A stretch of DNA of 64,000 bases. Origin: Eledone cirrhosa. Its lineage: Eukaryota. Location: contig OZ024743.1 of assembly GCA_964016885.1 (NCBI GenBank), positions 128,526,001 to 128,590,000 on the forward strand. Reading direction: 5' to 3'. The notes under the pieces were generated by a model. That model made no database searches and had not been told where the DNA came from. It saw only the letters and a program-made list of their open reading frames with translations. Every line of letters begins with the position of its first letter. The stretch's first letter is position 1. The position numbers and the translations under genes were made by a program. Of the stretch, positions 55,462-64,000 are shown piece by piece.

Positions 55462-56048
55462 TGAAAGTCGATAGCTGTATAACAAAGTGCAGGGCAATAA
55501 AGATAGACGGTAGTCACGGAATAGGCAGACCTAGAAAAACCTGGGACGAGCTGATAAACTCCGACATCACACACTTACACCTCTCCAAGACAATGTCACT
55601 GGACCGAGACCTTTGGCGGTACTCAGTAACAGAGAAGACCCGCCTTACCTAAATATATAGTAAAACCTACTCCAGCCAGTAGGCATCTCTAACAAAATAC
55701 ACCCCGTCCCACCACCACCACCCCCACCCGATCCACACCAGCCCGTTCTATGTAAAGTTATGTTGGTGCCGCGCCCTCGAGGCCGAAACAAATGAGATCG
55801 TGTAGGTGTCACGACAAAAAAACACACAGTCCACGCTGTAATGTGGCCGTGTAGGCAACACGGTAAAAACCTCCCAGACCCACACTGTAAATGTGGTTGG
55901 TGTTAGGAAGGGCATCCAACTGTAGAAAACCTGCCAGACAGTCCTATGCGAGCAAGACAATCACTCTTGCCTCAAGTGGGACTACCCCCGTCCAAACCCA
56001 TGCAAGCGTGGAACACGGACGTTAAACGTTGATGATGATGATGATGAT
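55461..56048 (+). mobile_element. RTE subfamily A 3' end, near-identical to 53415-54005
   Basis: Same KVDSC variant and UTR; about three visible differences. Confidence 0.92.
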
Positions 56049-56236
56049 CAGATTAGAGCAAACATGACGGGCGCTCTATCACAAAATTATTTTTGAAAGG
56101 CATTAGAAATGCGCAACCGGTAAAAACTTAAAGTTAAAACTGAATACTAACCAATACTTATTACTAATTTTTACTTATTCCTAATTAAACTATATTTCAC
56201 TGGGAACAATTTGTCAGTATTTTCTTTTCCTTTTAC

Positions 56237-56351
<115 letters not shown>

Positions 56352-56352
56352 T

Positions 56353-56495
56353 TACACAAGTATCAAAGTTATGTTTAAAACATTTAATCGTTGACAATTG
56401 TTTCTTCCAAATTTAAGCTTGAGGTCCTCGGAGCATTATCAATGTTTATACATATAATTAACCTCCTATTCAACTGAAGAATGATAGAGATACAT
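56353..56495 (-). mobile_element. ~143-bp HHR-bearing repeat, copy 1
   Basis: Homologous end to end with 59214-59358; minus strand GCT-CCGAGGA...GAAACAATTGTC, then ATTAAA. Confidence 0.65.
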
Positions 56496-57611
56496 CCAGA
56501 CATCTCTCCTCGCTGACCTCGATACTTGTATCCGAGCAGCAGCCGAGGGGATATGCAACGTCAAGTTTGACGACATAGGGTGGCAGCAGGCCACTTTACC
56601 TGTCAGGTTTGGCGGCCTTGTGCCTCCGGTCCCTCGGTAACCTCGTGCCGCGTCCTCGTCAGCAGGGTTCTTCAAAACACAACAGAACCCTCTGTGTTCA
56701 GAGAACGTGAGGCCGCCTGTGAGACGTGGGACCGGCTGGGACTTAGCCTAGTAGACGTCCCTCCTCTCCCTGTTGTCGTCAAGTCCCCCCAACGCACTTG
56801 GGATGCCATCCAGTGCAGCCTGGCCTCAGACAGGCTCACGCGCCAGCTCGACCAGCACCGCCTTGCTTGTTTTCGTGCAGCCTCCAAACCCCACAGTGGT
56901 GCTTGGCTCCATGCCTTGCCCTCCTTCTCCACTGGCACGCAGCTAGATAACCATAGCCTGCAAATCGGCGTTTCCCTGAGGCTCGGCCTCCGGATCTGCC
57001 AGCCACACCAATGTCGCTGCGGTTCCACCGTGGACTCTTTTGGCCTCCACCCGCTTTCCTGTCGCCACAGTATCGGCTGCATTCCAAGCCATGCTGCTCT
57101 CAACGAGGTCATTAAGCATGGCTTGGAAGCTACAGGCTTCCCTTCCCAGCTCGAGCCGGTGGGGCTGGATCGAGGGGACGGCAAAAGGCCAGATGGCATG
57201 ACCATCTTCCCGTTCCGCGGTGGCAAACCTCTCATCTGGGATGCCACTTGCACCAACATTTTCTCCAGCCGCAACCTGGTGCAGTCTGCGACTGACCCAG
57301 GTTCTCCTGCACGTCGGGCTGAGGGGATCAAACTCCTCAAATACCAGTCGCTCTCCAACACGTTTACGGTCGTACCCCTGGCAGTGGAGACTTCTGGTGT
57401 CCTCGGCCCCAGGGCTACCTCCTTACTCATCACTATAGGCGCTGACCAGCCGTGTTCTCCATTCTGTCCGCCGGGGCTGTGGGTGGGCCCCATCGCGTAC
57501 CAATACATTAGTTAAATACCATTCTTTCATCTGATATATCTCTAAATTATATTTTGTACAATATACATTAAGTGTCAATAAACGAGGATATAACTAAAAA
57601 AAAAAAAAAAA
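56496..57611 (+). mobile_element. CRE-like element, 5'-truncated second copy
   Basis: HSGAWLHALP, CRCG..HPLSC..HAALN, RGDGKRPDG..WDATC..PLAVETSG; AATAAA and poly(A); clearly homologous to 26030-27100. Confidence 0.88.
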
Positions 57612-57644
57612 TTATTTATATATATATATATATATATATATGAA

Positions 57645-58225
57645 TAAAGTTGGTCCTTCATCAGTGATCTTCCAACCATCCTCGGTATTTCTTCGCTTTA
57701 AAGACCATATACCTCCGGTTGGTGCGAGCAACGGCTAAAGAAAGTCGTTGGGGCACGTAAATAAAGGGAACAGCGAGAGTGTAAACAAACAAAGATGATG
57801 AAGCAACGAAAAGTGAGGAAGAAAGAGTCAAGTCCCAAATTTCTATGAATATAAGTTCGGTGAAATCGTGAACAAGAGAGAATAAAGACCATCAAACCTG
57901 GTTGAAATGTGAGCAAGGAAGGAATTCCGCACAGGTCAAACGGGAGGAAGAAGGAGTCTAGTCCGTGAATTCGGTGAACATAAGTTCTGTGAAATCGTAG
58001 ACGAGAGAGAGAAAAAAGGGGAACCGGCCTGGCCAAGCGTGCGAAAGAAAAGAATTACGCACAGGTCAAAAGGGAAGAAGGAGGAGGAGGAGAGGTAGTA
58101 ACAGAGAGTAAGTGAGTGAAGGGTGAGGAAGATGCTAACAGAGAGAGTGACTGTTAGAGAGGGTAAAGATACAGAGAAAGAGGAAGCAGTAAGAACGAAA
58201 TAGACGGGTCACAGCGGAGGAAAAT
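57645..58225 (-). mobile_element. Probable PLE terminal-repeat fragment
   Basis: Between TA tracts; shares GACTCCTTCTTCCTCCCGTTTGACCTGTGC with ~35577-35606; minus strand has CTGATGAAGGACC (5' half of an HHR core) truncated at the TA tract. Confidence 0.45.
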
Positions 58226-58234
58226 ATATGTGTA

Positions 58235-58262
<28 letters not shown>

Positions 58263-58270
<8 letters not shown>

Positions 58271-58420
58271 TAAAATAACAGATTAAAGTTTAAGCAAAGA
58301 ATTGCTTAAACTTTAATCTGTTATTTTAATAAATATTTGCTCTGCGGTTCTTATATATTTGATATATATTTATCCTTATCAGAGCCCTCTTTGGATTTTA
58401 GTCTTCAAATTTATTATTAT

Positions 58421-58424
<4 letters not shown>
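58263..58424 (+). mobile_element. Naiad-like PLE extreme 3' end with fold-back palindrome
   Basis: 35-bp arms (58263-58297 / 58302-58336); continuation matches 63072-63192. Confidence 0.85.
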
Positions 58425-58516
<92 letters not shown>

Positions 58517-58518
58517 AT

Positions 58519-58554
<36 letters not shown>

Positions 58555-58715
58555 AGTAAGTATGTTTTGAAACAGTGAGCGAGTTTGAAATTAGAAAATA
58601 TATAGCTTTCACCGTATTTTTGACTAAAGGAATCTTTTAGCTTGATAACGGGGTTTAGAACCCTCTGATAAATGGAAAAAGATGAGTATTGACGTACATT
58701 GACGTATATATATAT

Positions 58716-59200
58716 AGTAATAATAATAAATTTGAAGACTATAATCCAGAGGGCTCGATAAGGATAAATATATATCAAATATATAAGAAACGTAGAGCAA
58801 ATATTTATTAAAATAACAGATTAAAGTTTAAGCAAAGAATCGCTGCTTTCACCCTTAACGGGATCTTCTGAAACTAACAAAGTCAATCTGTGAACGCAGA
58901 AGTGAATATTTCAAAAAACGTTGCAACCAGAGGAAGACAGGAAGACGATACTTTGGTTCGTGGAAACGTTCCCTGGCAAAGAACGGGAAAAAACGAATAT
59001 AATACGTCATTATTTGGAGCGGTGAAAAACAATTACACGCAAAGACAGAACCACGTTTATGGTATAAAAGAAGTCGTAGACTAATATTTTCTTAGGTGGT
59101 TCATAGAGACGTTCTCTGGCAATGAACGAAAAAAACGAAGATAATACGTCATAAAGCAGCGATTCTTTGCTTAAACTTTAATCTGTTATTTTAATAAATA
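58716..59200 (-). mobile_element. Naiad-like PLE 3' terminal copy with inverted head (59153-59200)
   Basis: 58716-59152 is the reverse complement of ~62756-63192, including the HHR at 58825-58875. Confidence 0.88.
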
Positions 59201-59213
59201 TATATATATTGAA

Positions 59214-59358
59214 TACACAAGAATCAAAGTTATGTTTAAAACATTTAATCGCTGACAATTGTTTCTTCCAAATCTAGGCTTGAAGTCTTCGGAGCATTAT
59301 TAATGTTTGTACACACACAGTTAACCTCCTATTCAACTGAAGAATCATACAGATACAT
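59214..59358 (-). mobile_element. ~145-bp HHR-bearing repeat, copy 2
   Basis: Minus strand GCT-CCGAAGA-CTTCAAGCCTAGATTTGGAA-GAAA-CAATTG-TC-AGC-GATTAAA; motif at 59251-59295 with GUC site. Confidence 0.68.
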
Positions 59359-60152
59359 ATATATTGACAACAGTTTCATGTTTACAGTGTGGAATGGATG
59401 CGACATATATTATATTATACTATAATTGTACAATAATTCAAATTAAGATTAAAATCAAAATTAAATTTAAAATTAAAAGCATAGGGTGGAATACATGCGA
59501 CAGATAATACAAGAGAATAGTCTAATAATTAAATTAAAGAGATAGTACATGCGTTAGTCATATATATAGGAATTTAACAAGGAAATGTATCATGGATATA
59601 CGAGTACTGTATGGCAAGGTATTACATGAAATACAAGCAATACAAGCACTTTAAGCGAATATGTTAGTGTATTAAGGTGGTTGCAATGCGAGGATATTTT
59701 CTGTATAGTTCAAATTTGTATGTGTGTAGAAACAGATTGAGCTATTTTTCTTACTGGTAATAAGGTAGTAATTAATTACTGACCTTCACTGTTTATAGTT
59801 GCCTATAATACATACATAACTATAAATAGTATCTTTAATATTATATATATATATATATATATACATTATATTAATAAATGGAAACTATATTTATAAAACC
59901 ATAATTATTTTATTATATATATTTCAAGGGCGACCAAGGCAAATTTTGGTGCGCTTTCATCAGATAAAATACAAAATTTGTTTTATAAATGTTGACATAC
60001 CTGCCGAAGAACAACCTTGACGGTTGGAGGTTCGATAAATATGGCCTCCATTTATTAATATAATGAATATTTACTCCACCAACTATTGAGTGCTTTATAT
60101 CAATTATAAAACTTTTAAGTTTGTTGAATTCCAACAAATTAAATATAACCTT

Positions 60153-60229
<77 letters not shown>

Positions 60230-60246
60230 CTGCGTGTATATCTATA

Positions 60247-60303
<57 letters not shown>

Positions 60304-60391
60304 TATATATACATATACTGCGTATATATATATATATACATACACGCAGTATATATAATATATATATATATATACTGCGTGTATATATATA

Positions 60392-60523
60392 TAGTTATGT
60401 AATAAACAACATAAGATAATTATTTCATTTACCAGTGGTTTCTTGAAGGTAGATATAAATATCTGCCTTCAAGAAACCACTGGTAAATGAAATAATTATC
60501 TTATGTTGTTTATTACATAACTA
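60392..60523. repeat. 65-bp-arm palindrome (PLE-end-like)
   Basis: Arms match except one T/G pair; 2-nt loop; right arm contains GAAACCACTGGTA. Confidence 0.92.
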
Positions 60524-60590
60524 ATTAGCTCTGTAGCCTACATAGAGCACTCTTTTTTCCTGTACCTTTCCGACGGAAATATTTCATTTT

Positions 60591-60651
60591 AGCTCAAGCC
60601 GTTTCGACGGCTATTTCGAGTCCAGAAATAGCCGTCGAAACGGCTTGAGCT
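60591..60651. repeat. Perfect 27-bp-arm hairpin
   Basis: AGCTCAAGCCGTTTCGACGGCTATTTC-GAGTCCA-GAAATAGCCGTCGAAACGGCTTGAGCT. Confidence 0.95.
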
Positions 60652-60796
60652 CTGCCGTCGGGGGCATACTTTCTCATATATATATATATATATACTGTGT
60701 GTGTGTATATGTAAATATATATATATATATACTGTTCCCCCACTCTAATACCAACACTGTTCGTAACCGCACTCTTTGTTTTTGTTTTGTTATTTG

Positions 60797-60837
<41 letters not shown>

Positions 60838-60886
60838 TAAAATAACAGATTAAAATTTAAGCAAAGACTAGCTGCTTAAACTTTCT

Positions 60887-62098
60887 GCGGAGGTTACTGA
60901 TCTTATCGGCCTTTTCCTTCTTTTCTCTATCAAGGAAGAATTCCCCAATGTGGGCGGTGGTTTGTACCGTGATGACGGTCTTTTGACCATGACTAAGTGC
61001 GGCCCACGTGCTTGCAACAGGTTCAGAAAAGAACTCACAGCCTTCTTTAAAGGCTTCAACCTCTCCATGCAGGTTGAAGCCAACCTCTCGTTCGTTAATT
61101 ACCTCGACGTTACCCTCAATTTGTCGAATGGCTTTCATTACCCGTATAGAAAGCCGAATGATACGCTTAATTACATAAGTAAGCATTCTAACCATCCTGC
61201 CAGCATAACCAAGAACCTGGTAAGAAACGTTTCTTTGAGGCTTTCCCGTCTATCTACAAACGAGCATATTTTCAACGACCATTCCACATATTACAATGAA
61301 GCTCTTGCTCGGAGTGGATTTGTCAATAAGGTAGCTTATACAGAGTACGAGAATAGACCTAGGAAAAATAGATCCCGACGCATTATATGGTATAACCCAC
61401 CATATAATATGGCGGTGGCCACACCATTAGCTAAGATCTTTCTCTCCCTTATTATGAAGCATTTCCCCCAAGCACATAAATATAGTATAATTTTTAATAG
61501 AAATACCATTAAAATTTCTTACTCTACGACTCCTAACCTGGCACATAACATCACAGCTTCAAATTTAGCTAAATTACCTAGCAGTAGGAACACGTGCAAC
61601 CCTGTAGCTAGTACTAACTGTAATTGTAGGAATCGGGTTGACTGCCCCCTATCCGGGAAATGCCTCTCTAGGAACATTGTCTACAAATGTAAGGTTGAAA
61701 CACCCACGTCCCGTAGGGCCTACATAGGGTTAACCGCCAATAGATTCAAGCAGCGTCTTTACATGCATACCCATTCTTTTCTTAACCCTTTAAGAAGGAA
61801 TATGACGTCACTTTTAGCTTATATCTGGAATCTAAAAGACAACCACACCCAATATAAGTTACATTGGGAGATCCTAGCTAAAGCTAGATCGTATAACGGA
61901 AATAAAAGACCATGTGACCTCTGCGCCTCTGAGGCCCTGGAAATACTCTACGCCAAAGACCACATCTTAAACAAAATTTTTAGGCAATTTCGGCTTGTAA
62001 ACATAAATTGCACAAAACTTTCCTGTATTACAGCCCCACATTATACCCTAACGGATAGTACGAACTATACGCGGATATTTTACGTCTTGATGTGGTAG
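60887..62098 (+). pseudogene. PLE RT C-terminal half + zinc linker + GIY-YIG endonuclease
   Basis: AEVTDLIGLFLL...GLYRDDGL, VNYLDVTLNL, PYRKPN, SNHP, IIWYNPPY, CNCRNRVDCPLSGKCL, IVYKC..YIGLT..FKQRLYMH, CDLCASE; frameshift near 61980 moves the final SACKHK motif to another frame. Confidence 0.9.
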
Positions 62099-62382
62099 CT
62101 AAGTATATGTTATGTTTATACCATTACTTATTTGTATATGGCGTATATATTATATATACTGGTACATGTGCATATGGTTATGCGTATACGTGAGTTTTGC
62201 GTCTGTGTGAGTATGCGAGTTCGTACGTATGTAGGGTGTGTGTATGTGTGTACTTTGTGTTTTGGTTGACGTACGTCAGTGAATATGTGTATTTACAGGT
62301 GGTATGTGTGTGAGCGCGTTTATACGTATTTATGTGTGTATATTTCTATACGTTTATATAATTATATGTATACACGCACACT

Positions 62383-62415
<33 letters not shown>

Positions 62416-63031
62416 TTTTAATATATATTTTTATGTGTATTTGGTGTATACGTTCCTATGCGTGCGGGTACAGGCGTTGTGTGGGATCTGTATGTGCGTG
62501 CGTGCGTTTTTATTTTGTACGTGCTTGTATTGGCATACGCATTGTGGGTGTTTTCGCGTATGCTTGTGTATGTACGTATATGGTTGCGTGCATGTATATA
62601 TTTAATTTCAATTACCTCTGTAATTTTATTTACTTTATTCTTAACTCTGAAGCCGGGAATCATTCGGTTTCCTAATAGAATTTTAGTCTACGACTTCAGT
62701 TATACCATAAACGTGGTTTTGTCATTGCGTGTAATTGTTCTCACCGCTCCACATAATGACGTATTATCTTCGTTTTTTTCGGTCATTGCCAGAGAACGTC
62801 TCCACGAACCACCTAATAGAATATTAGTCTACGACTTCATTTATACCATAAACGTAGTTTTGTCTTTGCGTGTAATTGTTTTCACCGCTCCTAATCATGA
62901 CGTATTATCTTTGTCTTTATCAGTTCTTTGCCAGGGAACGTTTCCACGAACCTAAGTATCGTCTTCCTGTCTTCCTTTGGTTGCAACGTTTTTTTTAATA
63001 TTTACTTCTGCGTTCACAGATTGACTTTTTT

Positions 63032-63082
63032 AGTTTCAGAAGATCCCGTTAAGGGTGAAAGCAGCGATTCTTTGCTTAAACT
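63032..63082 (+). ncRNA. Type I hammerhead-like motif with CAGAAGA core
   Basis: AGTTT-CAGAAGA-T-CCC-GTTAA-GGG-T-GAA-AGCA-GCGATTCTT-TGCT-T-AAACT: stems I (5 bp), II (3 bp) and III (4 bp) all pair; identical in the copy at 58825-58875(-). Confidence 0.72.
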
Positions 63083-63825
63083 TTAATCTGTTATTTTAAT
63101 AAATATTTGCTCTACGTTTCTTATATATTTGATATATATTTATCCTTATCGAGCCCTCTTTGGATTTTAGTCTTCAAATTCGTTATTATTACTATATATA
63201 TATATATATACATATATGTGTATAAACGCATAAAACCGCACGTCTACTCCCACCGCTATCACACAACATATATATTACGCACACACAACTCCCACCACTA
63301 CCACACAACACACACAGATCTACTCCCACCATTGACACTCCTCAGTTATTATATTTCACTACAATGACATGATATGCAGTTGATAAGAAAGACCGGAACT
63401 AACAAAGAGACATGAATATGGTGGTGGTGGGGGGGGGGGTTACAGACAGGTAGCATACGTCGTGGTAATGGTGATGGTAGCTGTAGTGCTAATAATGACA
63501 GTGATGCCGGTAGTGGTGATAGTGATAGGATGGTGATGATGGTAGTGGTTCTGGTAATGAGCGTTGCAGTTACGGTGCTGATGATGATCGTGGTGATGCT
63601 GGCTACAGTGCTGAGGGGGTGGGGTGGTGGTGCTGCTGCAGGAGATGGTAGTAATGGTAGTGGTGATTACAATAGAAGTATTATTGATATATAGTCAAGT
63701 AATGTCGCAAACGTACAAGAATAATAATTATATTGATAAAAGAAAAAAAAAACGTTTTTTTTTTTTTTTTTGTATTTACCATTTTATCAAACCACGTGGA
63801 ATAGTTCCTGGTTCTATGATGTATC

Positions 63826-64000
63826 TATGGTCCCTTAACTCCTGATAGAGTCGTAGGGGTGCCGTATTGACATACGGCGTTTCATAGGCATTTTAAGCTT
63901 GGCAGAGCCCATCCTTCTCCAGGCCTGGGTACGGCAGATTTCCTCCAGAGAAAGATAGGAAAATGAGAAAGAGATATAGAGGAAGACTCGACCCCAGTAC
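63826..64000 (-). mobile_element. Composite SINE tail (same family as 14826-15138), runs off the window end
   Basis: GCCGTA-TTGACA-TACGGC hairpin, GAGCCCATCC, and terminal CGACCCCAGTAC (reverse complement of the Meta-like core end). Confidence 0.65.

Larger units (their letters stand above)
60831..63192 (+). mobile_element. Naiad-like PLE, 5'-truncated, with inverted head (60831-60876)
   Basis: RT-EN ORF, TG-rich spacer, two ~141-bp tandem repeats (62672-62955), HHR, AATAAA at 63098; both ends in (TA)n. Confidence 0.88.

Noticed and set aside
56672-57508. 278-aa minus-strand ORF, and similar antisense ORFs over the CRE and RTE copies
   Set aside because: Shadow frames of GC-rich retroelement coding sequence.
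58556-58705. Possible further HHR on the minus strand (CCGT...ACGG-T-GAAAGCTATA)
   Set aside because: No CUGANGA-like core at the right distance and no stem I.
60887-63000. Selenoprotein/SECIS as reported for some Naiad PLEs
   Set aside because: No in-frame TGA in the visible ORF, and the 141-bp UTR repeats have ATGA but no properly placed apical AA; the missing 5' part cannot be judged.

Overview
Eukaryotic, AT-rich, repeat-dominated DNA with no recognisable host exon; the SINE/RTE repertoire suggests an octopod cephalopod (inference). Contents: a nearly full-length RTE LINE (APE-RT with an internal C4HC3 PHD-like finger, broken only by three 1-bp homopolymer indels) plus many RTE 3' ends with (GAT)n tails; two CRE-type (RT+RLE) non-LTR copies; three Penelope-like element (PLE) lineages with coding remnants (Neptune-like GIY-YIG, Naiad-like RT+GIY-YIG, a third GIY-YIG split by an RTE piece); CR1-group and L1/Tx1 relics; a decayed mariner; a non-autonomous Helitron; piggyBac- and Tigger-like MITEs; tRNA-derived SINEs; and abundant microsatellites, which explain most of the ORF track. 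The most notable signal is about six sequence-distinct hammerhead-ribozyme (HHR)-like motifs at PLE-type 3' ends, several with non-canonical cores (CAGAAGA, CCGAAGA), and repeated long fold-back palindromes whose turning points fall in predicted HHR stems. All family assignments come from motif recognition by eye; no searches were run.
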